Notes under the pieces: model-generated
Told to the model about the DNA's origin: nothing
The model's database searches: none
The model's input: the letters and a program-made list of their open reading frames with translations, nothing else
Assembly: GCA_027604505.1 (NCBI GenBank)
Contig: JADIIX010000012.1
Location: 248,001 to 276,136 of the forward strand
DNA from: Gonapodya sp. JEL0774
Lineage: Eukaryota
Length of the DNA stretch: 28,136 nt
Direction: 5' to 3'
In this document: in pieces, positions 1-13,781 of the stretch
Layout of the letters: each line of letters begins with the position of its first letter
Numbering within the stretch: the stretch's first letter is position 1
Made by a program: the position numbers and the translations under genes

Positions 1-425
1 TGGTTTTGCCAACGCGTTTGCGTCTCCTGTTGCATACGGCGCTTTCTTCCCTGCAGTTGTTTGCCTATTTCACTACGCCCGGAGGTTCTCTTCAATGGAC
101 TGACTCATCCTCGTTGGCGGTAGAAAACAACGACGTGATTCCAAATTCTTCTGACGCCATGAAAGATTCCGTGACCCAACACACATTGGAGCTATCATGG
201 TGGCTCCTGGGGTGCAAGGTTATATTCTGCGCCTTGACGTTTGCAGCGGTTTTGACAAATTCACGTTATCGGCCTGGGGCTCCAAAGCATGCCACTCAAG
301 GGGACGGTATTTTGGGAAATGAGCGTACAACTGGCGCACCCAAGGGTGGACGAAAGGACAGCAATGGGACTCCGCAAGGGTGGCTGCGGGGTGCCATGGG
401 AAAGGCCCGAGGTCACAAAGACTAG
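1..425 (+). CDS. 3' end of a hypothetical membrane protein (partial, starts upstream of the window)
   Basis: Frame is open from the window edge to TAG at 423-425. It has two hydrophobic segments (LRLLLHTALSSLQLFAYF; WWLLGCKVIFCALTFAAVL) followed by a basic Gly-rich tail. No family recognised. Confidence 0.5.
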   Translation, partial: VLPTRLRLLLHTALSSLQLFAYFTTPGGSLQWTDSSSLAVENNDVIPNSSDAMKDSVTQHTLELSWWLLGCKVIFCALTFAAVLTNSRYRPGAPKHATQGDGILGNERTTGAPKGGRKDSNGTPQGWLRGAMGKARGHKD

Positions 426-443
426 AACTACTCAGTTCATACA

Positions 444-3400
444 TCATGAATTCAATGTTTGAATGACTAAGGTTAGTTCCCTCATCTCATAAGTAGCTCC
501 TGACCTCACAGGGGAAGCTCGACGAAGAGGGGGAGTACGTTCACACGTTTTCCTTTGTCCCTTGAGTGAAAGTGAGAACATGCCGGCCGGAGCACCACCC
601 CTCCACACGGCTGGATTAACACTCTCAGCTGCTGGAGTCCCCGGGAATCGACCTTGCATTGATTTGAAAGGTGCTCCGACGGGCGACAGGAAAGTATCCC
701 CGGGGTTTAAGACTGGTGTGCTGGAAGATTCCACAGCTGAAGCTCTAGCAAGAGCAAGCGGTGACAAACCTTTCGTCCTTGAAGTTGGCATTGTCTCCAA
801 TTCCATCACGACTGAAACCAAGTTAGCTATTGTGTTTGATTCGATGCTCGAGCAGAGGTTTTCGAGATTAGCATTTGCTTCGGGGTTCTTCGAGTTGCTG
901 TTGCAGTGAATAGGTGCCTCATGTGCCGAGTCATCGCAAGTAGGTCTGACAGTTTCGCCTGATGACAGAAAGGGTGCAGAGCCTCTGGCTGACAACAGCG
1001 GAACAGAGGGATGGCCTCTTAATGACACACGTTGCTGGACCTGTTGCAGGTGGGCGATACTCGAACAAGTATCCATTTTGCGAGAGTGGAGGCCAGGATT
1101 CCGCACGGTTTGCGGTTGTGCTGACGATGTTCCTGTCCATTTTGGATGTGCACAATCAGGTCGAACACCACCGTCGATCCTAGACGTGTCTGCTTCTGAT
1201 CGCGTCACCAACGATAGGGGATCACATGGAAGGTTTCCGTCTGAGCAGCAATCTGAAGCTGCTATTCGCAACGAAGCATCCCCCTCAAAATAAGATCCAA
1301 CTCGTGCTCGGGAAGCCCGGGGGTTATGTGGAGAGTGCAAGGGGATCTCGATTGGAACACTTATTGTTGGATCCTTCATTAATCCTGGTCGGTCAACAAG
1401 GTTAGCGACTGACTCGATCGCTTGTGTTTGATTCAGCAGACTTGAAGGAACGACCTGATTATTCCGATCATAATGAACAAAGACGTGCAGCACAGCAGAT
1501 TTTGAGGCAGGCGAATTAATCATGTTAACCAATTTCGAGTCAGGGTCCAACAGACGTGGGGCAACAAATGGCAGGATTGTCTCCTTGAGGTCTCCGTTGC
1601 CGGTACCTCCTGGGATAGCATCTGGAGGCTGAACTGGTTGACGTTCATTCCTGCCCTCCTCGATTGGAATCGATGTAGAAGATACAATAGAGCGTGTCTC
1701 GTCTATAACTGCAAAATGTTCAGCAATTGATTGATCACGGATATCCATTTCACTCAAAAACATACTCTCCGTTGAATGGACACCCGTATTCTCCACAGAA
1801 TTCGCAAAACGATGGGATGCTCTTGTTTTAGTTTGATTGCGATAAGTTTCACTCTGAGTAGCAATATGGCGTTGATCACGCCCTTCATTCGATTGTTCTG
1901 ATTTCTTTCGATTCTTCTTCGATTTTAAACACTCATCGGTTACTTCACTTTCCAGAACTTCTCCGATCAGCTGCTCGGTCTCTTCTCCGATTTCCACGGT
2001 GCTGTCCAACTGATCGCTGGGGACCATTGTACCCATTCCATGGCCCTCTTCCGATCCCAACCAGTCTTCTGTCCCATGCAGACGATGGCCGAGAGCGAGA
2101 GCCTGTCGCAGAACTGCACGAACACGATGTGTAGCGGTTGGCTGAGAGAGTGTATGTGATGCAGTGGTCGTGGGAGTGGGTGATCGTCGCTGTGAGGAGT
2201 TGTATCTAGCACAATCAAGAACTATTGTACATGAAAGGATTCATGGGAATCAGAGAGCGTCCCAAAAGGATCGATAGAAACCCACCCACGGGGTTCCAAA
2301 GGGGATCCGGGAATGCTTCTCGGTTTCCCACGCCTTCCTCTCTTCGTTCTTTGGTCAAAGTTCGTTTTCTCGTTATCCTCATGCCTTCGATGACTTAAGG
2401 CGAGGTACACTCGTTGCAGGTCCGCAACTGAGTGGATACTTCCCGCTGAAGAGATCGTTATAGGCGAAGAAAGATCTGTCGTCGTTGACCGGAGATCACT
2501 ATCTGGATGCTGGTCGCTCAAACACGATTCATCGGATCTTGAATAGGGAGGTGATGGAGGTTCCGGAATTGACTTGCTGATCTTTCGCAAATTCTGCTCT
2601 TGGCCTGAGCTTGACCGAAGATTCTGCTGTTGACGGATGGATTTGAATTTATGGTTTCGGCTGCTTGAACGTGATCGAGATGGGGTCTTTACGAGCGACA
2701 CATGCTGGTCTCGGCTCAAAGCACCAGGAGACGGACTCGAAGAGAGAAGGGAAGTTATTCTAAGCGGAGTGACTGCTAGACTCGGTGCACTATGAACAGA
2801 ACTCTCTGAAACATAGACGTGGGTGGTCCCTTTCTTGACTCGACGAGCGTCAATTTCAGCCTCCACAGAAGTGCAAACGAGGCTTGTGAGACGGGCCAAA
2901 TTTCGCTGCACGTTATTCGGGTTTCATGATCACATTCGCTAAAATGCGCGTCTCATCTTGAATAGAATGGGCTCACCTCCACTTCATCCAACCGTGCTTG
3001 TCTTTGTTTGACATCTGCTTCCACATAACAGACTTCGGCACGAATTTGAGGATTTCCAACCATAACACCTCTACTTTCGGTGCATGGACATTTGCCTTGA
3101 TTACAGGACGGTGGGTCCTCACCCACAGCCTCCTTGTTTCGACGGGGACAAAATGTGGTACTGCTGTGAGTCAAGGCTCTCAGCTCTCCGGAAACATCCA
3201 GCTGGTCAGAGTTTTGGTGCGCTTCAGTTGAGACATATTGGTGTGGAGTAGAGCCGGTCTCAGTGGAAGACCCGACTTGTTGGATCGGAATAGACAATGA
3301 CAACGAGTCCTTCCCTCCCTGACACGAGCCACTATCTGTGACGGACACTAAAGGCAAATCAACCGTCGAGATATCACTATGAAGTCTCTTGGTGATGAAT

Positions 3401-4341
3401 TTTGCCAATTCTGGTGAGCGTTGAGCTGTGTTCTCATTTTCAAACGGGCCCTCTCTGCTGATTATTGGTCGAGGAGACTTCTCATCAATAACGGTCTCCA
3501 AAACTTTGATCTTGGCTGATGCAGAATCCCTTTCCGCGGATTTCTTGCCAGACTTCTGCCAGTGCAGGCCCCCCGGTTCTAAGGATTCGGGGGATTTTTG
3601 CTCACTCCCGTTCTCGGTATTAGCCTCAAAACCCTCCCAACGCTTTGTGACCTTATCTTTGTATGTGTCACGCTCAATTTCTGTACGAGCAAGTCGCTCC
3701 ACCAATCTTGCAACGACACAGCGTTCGAGGGTGAGAGTATCTGGATTTGAACTGAGCCCTGCGGGGTGAGGTACTGTCCGCAAAAGTTTTTCTGACACTA
3801 TAGGCATTGGCGTGTGCATTATTGGCTTCATTTTGTTTACTGATGGACGGTTGCGCAGGGTGACTCCATTGTCCTGTGTAACGAATGTTTTGAAGTGTCT
3901 TTTCGTCCCAGAAGAAGGGCCTTTGTGAGAAGTGGAATCTCTAACGGTGCCCGTCGCTTGCCAAGGTACACGAGAGGTTGAAACTACCTCTGGTATATTT
4001 CCTTGACCGACTTGCGAGCGAATGGGAGGTCGTCCGGGACGGGTCGCCCAGACAGGAGTCGGCCGAAGAGATTCTGATGAATCAAGGGAGGAGGCATTGA
4101 TTTCATCACCACTGACAGCTCTAGCTTCCCCACCGTCAGGTGCATTTTGGATGGCATAGAAGTGCCTTTTGCCGCCGCTATCCACCCACCACCGCATGTT
4201 CGGACCGTCATGAGAACGACGGGGGTGTTCAGAGATACGCGCATCGGCATCTCCAAGGTAGACACGAGTTCGCAAGTAACGGTGTGGCGATTTGGCTGGC
4301 TGGTGGATGTCGGTTCTCATTTCTGCGGAAAGTTGCGCCAT
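444..4341 (-). CDS. Large Ser/Pro-rich, probably disordered hypothetical protein with short coiled-coil-like segments (~1248 aa, 3 exons)
   Basis: Three long ORFs join in phase: exons 4341-2977, 2905-2286 and 2205-444. Introns are 2976-2906 (GTGAGC..CAG, phase 0) and 2285-2206 (GTGGGT..TAG, phase 2). Total 3747 nt is divisible by 3. The ATG at 4341 (MAQLSAEM) is assumed. Confidence 0.7.
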
Positions 4342-4537
4342 TTCTTGCTCAATGGGCTGCAAAAGGGAGTTTGCTGCGACGATTGAGCAGATGAGGACTG
4401 TCGATGAGTCTTTCCTTTTATTATTCAACCTGAGTGAGTTGAATTTGCATGGTGTTGTGAAACAGTTGGGGATCAGCATCGACAATGCTAATGAGAGAGA
4501 ACTTTTCACGGCACATGCTCTTTACAAAGATAAAATT

Positions 4538-5925
<1,388 letters not shown>

Positions 5926-6222
5926 TTGTTACGCGTTGGTGTGCTTAAGAAGGATCTGGGGAACCGAGGAGGGATACTCGAGCAAAAGGCAATGCAGGAA
6001 GGGTAAACGATGTGTGTCGAGAGCTTTGGTTTGGAGTGGACCCAAGCGAATCACAAGTGACGAGGTGGGTCACGGTTTTGGGAGCTGAGTGGACAAATCA
6101 GCCAGCACGCGATATGAGTATAAATTTCTCAAAACAACAACATGTATACATGACTGTCAACAACTGGTATCTCACTCTGGATGCCAAAAAATAATATTGC
6201 GAGACTGCTACTTCACGATACG

Positions 6223-9200
6223 TTACTTCTTGCCGGTCCTGGTGCTACGTTTATGTCGCAGCGAGGAGGAGGCACTACTCGTACCAGCGTTTGGATCCCT
6301 CCAGGAGGTCCAACCTGAAAATCCCGAGAGCACAGAGCTCGAAACGCTCAAGATCGATCTAATAGATATGGCCGACCGCATTGAAAGTGAGCTGTCGATA
6401 CTCCGGGTGTCCGAATCATCTTTCTCAAACACCACGTTGCTGCGATACGATTGACGGAGCAGCTGCGCGTACGGATCATGCGCGTGATGTTTTCGGAAGT
6501 ACTGGGCACCAGTGGGGCCTCGGGGTCCTGACATGAGAGCTCGACGGCTCCTAACGGGGGCTCGGTGCTTGTAAGGAGAAACAACTGCCGGGCGAATCAA
6601 CCGGCGACGCCATTCTTGTGGAGAAAAAGGGTTCAGGGAGGACGGTATGCTCTCTGTATTTGACGAAAGGGGACGGGCAAATTTAGTTCGTGACAAGGAT
6701 AACCCGAAGAGTACGCCTTCACCAACCGGCATACACGCCCTTTCTGTGGAACAAACGACTTCCCTCCGCTGTTTGTTCTCTACGCACTGCTGTTGCAAAA
6801 TACTGCAGAAAGGCAGCATAGTCCGGGAACGGGTGAAGTGCATAGACATGGACCTCGGCGGCTTGGGGAAGTTCAAACTGGTTAAAGAAAATACACCGAC
6901 GCTCTAGGACAAGAAACACTAACCTAACAACGTTGCGGCGTGAAGAGCTTTATATCGCACCCAATCACCCTTTCTGATTGCCTTATACTTGTTCAGTTTG
7001 TCCCTAGATTTCTCGTCGAACTTCCTCACAGCAAAGTTGTGCTTAAACTTGTGGAGCATACTGAAAGTTGACTTGATGGACGATATGCGGTAAGACTGTT
7101 TGGTATTCTTAAGTTCGGCAACAAATTTCTTCCTGGCCCCTCTCAATACTGCAGCTGCACTGTACGAAGGTCCTAGTGCTTCAATCGGATGTTGAGGAAG
7201 CTCTCTCCAAGGAGAGAAAGGAGTGGTGAGGCTTTCGTAGGGGTTATCGGGGTAGTCGTAAATGGCATCTAGTGAGGCATTGTCGTCTCCGCTGCCATTC
7301 TCCAGGTCTACTTCTTCGTCTGAAGAAGTTGTAGCAATCCTAGATCCAATTTCGGAGGAAGACACAATCTTATCCAAGCCTTCCAATACCTGCGCACCCT
7401 CTGTTTCTACACCCTCTTCATCGTCGTTATCCAAACCATTGTCCTCTGTAAGACCATGCGGTCGATCCATTTCAATCATGGCAAGGGTTGCTCGCTCTTC
7501 TTCGAATGTTTGGAGGAAAGATCTACTGGTGTCAGCGTAGCGTGTGCGTATTGGTACATCGAATGACATGGATGATGCCGAGCGAAGGGTCGGAACACCA
7601 GCAAAGCCCGTTTGATTATCTTCCGAGCGCCTTAAAGGCGCAGAGTCGTCCAAGACCGGTACACTGGACCTGGTGTCCACACCGTCATCTCCGATCCCGT
7701 TCTCAACGGAAGGTTCCAGATCAAGCGCACCAATAGTGGAAGGCGGAATTGTTTGAGCAGAAACAGCATCGCCGGCGATTCGTTTCCGTACCACCACCCC
7801 ATCATCGATAATAAGCTTCACTGACTTCTCCGTTCTCGCAGGAACACTCTTCATTGGGGCAACTGAGGTCAGAACTCCCGCTGATCCATTCGACGTAGCG
7901 GCGTCGTCGAAGCTTGCTGAATTCTCCTCCGACTCTGTGGTAGGAAACCTGAATCGTGGAAGTGAGTTTGCATCCGTAGACCTCCTCTCACTGCCAACAG
8001 CACCAGTAGAGTAGGAAGTGGACCGAGGAAATTCGTAGCTGTTTCTGTCCATAGACGAGGAACGTATAGAATTGGAAGCAAGACTGTCATTAGTCCTGTC
8101 TGGCGTTCCCGACAAAGACCCTTGCGAACTTGCAGGTACAGACATATCCCCAGATCGCCGCGGAAGGGACCCACGCTCTGGGGTCCACTTCCTTCCGGCC
8201 AGAGAAGATGAGGTGGAGGTGGCGGACTGTCGACGAAGCGCTGGTATGTTGGTTTCTTGTTCCACAGAGGTTGTTTCTGTTGCTGTAAAATCGAATGAGC
8301 TCGTCGAAACCGGGGATATGGGGCGAAGATATGGAACTTGTGGGGGGTTAGCCGGAAGGGGCGGGGGGTTGAGCACACTTGCAGGTCTAATCGTCCCTGA
8401 TGTGGTGGTTCTCGGTGTTTCGGGCGATATAATGCTAATTTGACTGAGGCTGGATTGAGGATTAGGGTGAGATAGCCGATGAAAGAAATTTGACAGAGGC
8501 CTGGTCCACAGCGGCGGCTAATTGTTGATTCAAAGAGTCCAGGAGACACCAAATAAACACCAAACAAGAAGGCATTGAGGAGGCTCAAATCACGGATCGT
8601 ACCTTTCCCCCATTATCACCACTCCTAATTCGAGTGTGAGCTCGGATATTGGGCTTGCCGGCATTCCCACCGAATGCAAGTGGAGCGGATACGCTATCTC
8701 CGAACCCAGATTCACTTCGAGTGGGCCGCATGTCCCCAAGCGAACTGCGCTTGCTCAAGGCAGGTAGTACGGCAATCGATGCCGCATGACCGACAGAGGC
8801 TGGCTTTAAAGTCTCCACCTCTGTCGCAGTACGAATTGGTGATAATCGTGCAGCAATTTTTGAACCAGGCTCGGAGACGGTGGTTAAAGAACTTGTGCTA
8901 ACAGTGGAGCCCAACAAGGTTGTGCCGCCAAGACGAGTAGGAAAAGAGGAGTCGGACTGTCCATCAGGATGTACGTCTGCCGATCCAAGCACGGTCGTTT
9001 GGCTTCGAAGTGAGGTACCTCCATACATGGTGGTCCCAGACAGGCTGGGTGTAGACAAGAGAGAGATTCTCCCGGACTTCGAGTCGTACGTCGAATCTGA
9101 CGATGCGACTGACTTTGTATCGGCGAGCGTAATATTGTCGTCCTTGTTAACGCGAACTTGAAGAAAGGACGAGGTGGAAACTCCAGTGCTGCTCGAAAAG

Positions 9201-9529
9201 GAGCCGTGAAGGGTTTGGGGGACGGCTGCAAGCTGAGATATGAAGGCAGGCCCCGAGCCTCGCAGTGAACCGCCGTTATCACTCGAAGTATTCGAGGGTA
9301 GTTTGGTGATCGGTGATGCCACTATCGACGAACCAGGAACCGACAAATCACACCCCCGTTCGTTTCCAGCTTTTTCAAAATTTTCGACCCTTGCTGCGTT
9401 TAGTGTCAATCGCGAGGAAGAATCCTCTCCGCAAGGTAAGAGGCTGTTTGGTCCAACCGAGGCAATTGGCAAAGAATAGTTTCGACCTTCCACTCCAAAG
9501 TCTGTTTCTGTATGCCGCTGCTTTCGCAT
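6223..9529 (-). CDS. Large Ser/Thr-rich, probably disordered hypothetical protein (~1054 aa, 3 exons)
   Basis: Long ORFs join in phase 0: exons 9529-8603, 8517-6961 and 6903-6223. Introns are 8602-8518 (GTACGA..TAG) and 6960-6904 (GTGCGA..TAG). The second junction is less certain because alternative donor/acceptor pairs exist. It has an acidic middle region and a basic, more ordered stretch near the second junction. No domain recognised. Confidence 0.7.
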
Positions 9530-9701
9530 CGGTTAGTAATAACCGCCACAGGAATTGCGGTGTGGGGGGAGTTCGAAAGAGTCTCCCGGGATGAGGGCAG
9601 CTGATCGTTTGCACATGCTGCAGTGTGCCGCAACAACTTAGTTACAGTAACTTCATGTGCACACGGTGTTTACTGCTCACCACACGACTTTCCAGCTTTC
9701 G
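9530..9701. promoter_or_regulatory. Probable compact bidirectional promoter
   Basis: Only 172 bp separate the divergent ATGs at 9529 (-) and 9702 (+). Inferred from geometry only. Confidence 0.5.
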
Positions 9702-10895
9702 ATGCCATCATCGTTTCTCTTCGTCGGCGCCGCAGCAATTGATACAATTCTTACGGTTCCCGAATTTCCCAAAGAGGATACCAAACTACGGGCGTTGGGG
9801 AGTGAACGTCGCGTTGGCGGTAACAGCATAAACAGTCTGATTACTATCTCCCAACTTAACACGGACTCAAAAACTTCTCTAAGCTTCATGGGTGCATTGG
9901 GCGACCCAACGGATGACGGAACTCTGTACGAGATGTCGATCATGAGGTTTCTAAGCAGCCGTTCTTTTTCAAACAAGTATCTCATTTTTTAAGGATGATC
10001 ATCGACCAGCTGTCCCGAGCTGGCATATCCAGCGTCCTCAGCCAACATCGCGCAAATAGTCGGCCTGTCTCCAGCTACATTCTACAGGCTGTTCTTACCC
10101 AAACACGGACCATTCTCACTGTTTCCGAGATACCGGATCTTACTTCAGCTGAGCTAATGGTGGGATGGGAACGCTACTTGCGAGACTTGGACTCTCACAT
10201 AGCATTCGTCCATGTAGAGGGGCGGAATGTCGAGGCGACAACATCGATCGTGAATGTGGTTGCCAGCCAGAGAGATCTACATGCAGGGTTGTGCCTCTCA
10301 GCTGAATTCGAAAAGCCGGACCGGCTCGCCCTCGAGCAGTGGCTCCCAGCTTTGGACATTGTGTTCCTATCCTCATTATGGGTCGACGCACGGTCGCTCG
10401 AGATAGGTCTTGTGGAGGTGGATGCTGCGCAGAAATCCAAGATCTATGTCGAAGCTTTGGCAAGAAGTGGCAGATGCCGCGAGGGGTGAGTATCTTCAGA
10501 TTTCGACAGCCCATATTCTCCGCCATGAATGACTGCCTCCTTGAAGAGCACTTGTTATCACAACCCATGGATCATCTGGAGCATCTTGGGCACGAGCGAG
10601 TGGGGGTTTGCTTACCTCTCCTCGCACTTACCGTCCACAAAAAGCCCGAGTAGTGGTTGACACCACCGGTGCTGGGGATACATTTATTGGCTGCGTGTTG
10701 TTTGGCATCTCGTTGTTGCTTGGGAAAACACAGCTGACTTCCCGTAAATTGAAATTTTTGGATCTGAAGGATGAGGAACTGGGTTCTGTGATCAAATTCG
10801 CCGTGGAAGTGGCAACTTTAAAATGCGGTCGAAAGGGACTGATTGGTCTCGGAAGTCATCAAGATATTGATGAAATCCGTGAGTATTTGCGATAG
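9702..10895 (+). CDS. pfkB/ribokinase-family carbohydrate kinase, ketohexokinase-like (354 aa, 3 exons)
   Basis: Exons 9702-9925, 9994-10485 and 10547-10895 (1065 nt). Motifs are N-terminal FVGAAAIDTILTVPEFPKEDTKLRA..RRVGGNSIN, the KHK-like FVHVEGRN and EFEKPDR, ITTHGSSGA, and the pfkB signature VVDTTGAGDTFIG. Confidence 0.93.
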
Positions 10896-11219
10896 ATGTG
10901 CTGCTTGTCATATTGTTACCAAATGCCGAAACAAAAAGAAACATAATAAATACAATTCCATAATTGCGAATCGTGCATTGTTGTTATGTAACTGTAACGA
11001 CTTTGGCCAAACTGTTGTCCCCCTTTCAGTTCAAAAAGCGACAAAGGCCGCGAAAGTCAGTAAGAGGAGACAGCAGATCCGGTACTGAGCTCGCGTGCCT
11101 TCCAGCTTCGGCAGTATTGCTCTGTGCGCTTTCGACGGCGATCAGCCAGTCTCTCCTCTCCCAGCCGCCCAAATCCGCATCCCACGCACTTACCGGTTTC
11201 ACAGCCAATATTTCCTACA

Positions 11220-11735
11220 ATGGCTTCTGGAGCTGCGTCCTGGAGTGCTTCACCCTTTGTGGTCGCTGCGCCGGGCTCTCCATCCCGGGCGGGATCCACT
11301 CTCAACCCCCATAAAATCCCGAGCTCTCCGACTTCTTCTGCCCCAGCCTACCTCTTTTCCAACAAACTCACTCTCCTGAATCCCGCGTTAAAACGGAAGG
11401 CTGTTGAAGAAGCCTTTGAGGATTCGGACACAGCGATGGGGGGGACAACTTATGGGACAGCGTCGAGAGATAAAAAGGCACGAGCATTCGCTCGCTGCAA
11501 AGGCTTGAAGGTGGACAGCACTCCGGCCCCCCACTTTACGACCATGGGAGGAAAGGATGATTCAATGATGGATTTGGACACTTTCCCCGACAATCGTAAC
11601 AGTCTCCCTCAACCGTCCGAGGACAATGTCTCAGAATCGGACGATGATCATCAGCTTTTTGTAATCCCATCACCGAGCGGGCGGTCATGTGCATACACGA
11701 AAGGATGTGTTGCGGGAAAAGGTTGGATCATTTGA
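11220..11735 (+). CDS. Small low-complexity hypothetical protein (171 aa) with a possible NLS (LKRKA)
   Basis: Single ATG-initiated ORF (context ACAATGG) filling the gap between the kinase and SKP1. Ser/Pro-rich N-terminus and acidic patch. No homology recognised. Confidence 0.55.
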   Translation: MASGAASWSASPFVVAAPGSPSRAGSTLNPHKIPSSPTSSAPAYLFSNKLTLLNPALKRKAVEEAFEDSDTAMGGTTYGTASRDKKARAFARCKGLKVDSTPAPHFTTMGGKDDSMMDLDTFPDNRNSLPQPSEDNVSESDDDHQLFVIPSPSGRSCAYTKGCVAGKGWII

Positions 11736-12302
11736 AAAAAGTTTGTGTATTGATCTCCTGAGCTGGAGGACGTTGTAGTTCTGCGCTTTCCTAAAGTGCA
11801 ATCGGTGGGATTCGGACATTTGCATTCTTCACATCATTTTCCATTTTCTCCGCGAAAATTTCTTTCTTCGTTTCTTTTCCACTTCCTTTTATGTGGACAC
11901 CAATGTCATCGAGCAAATTGCATAACCACGGCTTCAGCATTCTGGACAACAACGGCTTGCACAACACTCAATGGGACAACTGCAACAATTGCTGTAGTGT
12001 TGGACTCAGCAGAAGCTCTCTCAATCTCATTCTCAATCCACACTTTTGGCGACACTTGGTTTGATTTGCATCGCCTTTTTCATCGTTTTGCGTGAGAGTA
12101 ACAGTAATTCGCGGAAAAAGAAAACAAAATAATAAACTTTAGCAATTTCAAGTCGACCCTGGTCATGCTGGATGATTGAAAAATTGTTTTCTCTCTGTGG
12201 TTCACATTCACTTTCAACGACACAAAGCTCCAACGTATTCCGGTGAGCAGGAACTAATCTAATCTCCAAATTGCGCTCTATCACATGGCACATGGTTGGC
12301 AT

Positions 12303-13603
12303 TTATCGGTCCTCGCACCTGGGAAGAACAAGAGGAGATATGAGCAACAGAAAAACAAATGTAAAGTGAAGCAAAAGCGCAAAACACCAAGGAGCAAGTG
12401 AGATTTGAAATGCTTGGCACCAAGTCCACATTGTAAGTCCCAACCACATTCTCCACTACTCAGAAGTCGTCACAATGTCGCACAATCGTCATTGATTTGA
12501 TGGACTCAGGCAATCAACACTCACCATTCGTTTTCCTTCCTAATCTGCTCCTCTTCTTCCGGTGTGAAGTCGTTCACGATGTTGAAAGTCTTGCGGATCT
12601 CTTCAACAGTCTTGCCCTTGATCATGTTGGCAACAGTCTTGCACCCTGAGTACAGCACGCAGTGGTGCGACAGTCACCCAATCAATCGTGTGGTGTTCGA
12701 AAGCACGCGTGGTTAATAAAAAGGGACTGGTGAGCTTCAGGAGAACCAGAGTCACTCATCGCAGCATTTTCAATCGACGCACCCAGGTCCAACAAGCCCT
12801 TCATATCGAGGTAGTTCGCAGCGAGAATCAGCTCAAACAGGGTTCCCTGGTCCACATTCATGTACTCTCGGTCCCAGTCGTCAATATCGTCGGACGATTT
12901 CTAAGGCATAGCAAAGCGAGCACATACATCTCAACAGAAGTCCTCGATGGTAGTGGGGAGCTCCAACCCCGCACTCCCACTCAGCTTACCGGCTTGTTTT
13001 CATCCTCAACAATGGGCGGGTCGTCCTTGTGGTGTGTTGCGTACTCGATGACCTTCGCAAGAATAGTTCCCGATACGTTGGGCAAGGGAATAGCCGTCGC
13101 TTCGTCGGTATCGCCAATGTCTGTATTATGGTAAATTTAAACATAAATCAAGTCAGCAAGACCAAAAGAGACCGTATACCATGCATGCTTGCAACCGCCA
13201 ACATATGACAATTTCAGAACAACTTCGGCACCCTCCGTCGCCCATAGGGAGCTCCAAAAGATTATCCGCTGTTACAGATCCAATAGATTGAGTAAACCAA
13301 GATATATGTCCAGGTGGGACGTTCTCGGCGGTGTCAGCGAACGGGCAAGTATTTGAAATCTCCTTTGACCGCACCACAAGCGGTAAATCAATTGGAATCT
13401 CGAATCAGAGAGAAAACGCAGCAAGAAAGATAATCTTCTCGCAGATTTGACAGTTGTCACGAGCGCGAGACGAACGGGCAAGGTCCTGTGTGTGGTTTCG
13501 GTGACAAACCTTCAAGCATATTCTTGATCAGTATGGACTGCGAAGAGACCTCCTTGGATACTGTGAACTCCTGACCATCGGACGAAGAGAGCTTGACCGA
13601 CAT
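12303..13603 (-). CDS. SKP1: SCF ubiquitin ligase subunit Skp1 (159 aa, 5 exons)
   Basis: Exons 13603-13510, 13120-12990, 12900-12783, 12645-12525 and 12318-12303 (480 nt). Translation: [106 protein letters not shown]. Confidence 0.98.
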
Positions 13604-13781
13604 TGCTGTTTGGCGGGGACGAACGGTGTTATGCTGCACAGGCTTCTATAAAACCTTCGTTTGACTGAAGAGCCCGCAGCACTTCTTTCAATTCACCCGA
13701 CAAACGCACCCTCGAAGAGGCCTAGCTCACGGGGTCGGGATGACTCTTTATATTTCCAGGAAAATAAGCTCTGTCGGGAAT
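13604..13781. promoter_or_regulatory. Probable bidirectional promoter between SKP1 and the KHE1-like gene
   Basis: 178 bp between divergent putative ATGs. A TATAAA-like element lies at about 13647-13652. Confidence 0.45.

Noticed and set aside
4342..4509. N-terminal extension of the 518-aa ORF in the track
   Set aside because: It begins at a GTG only 29 bp from the UBC1 stop and lies in the probable UBC1 3' UTR. The ATG at 4341 is preferred, although an in-frame ATG at 4479 exists.
12688..13134. 148-aa plus-strand ORF
   Set aside because: It is the antisense shadow of SKP1 exons 2-3.
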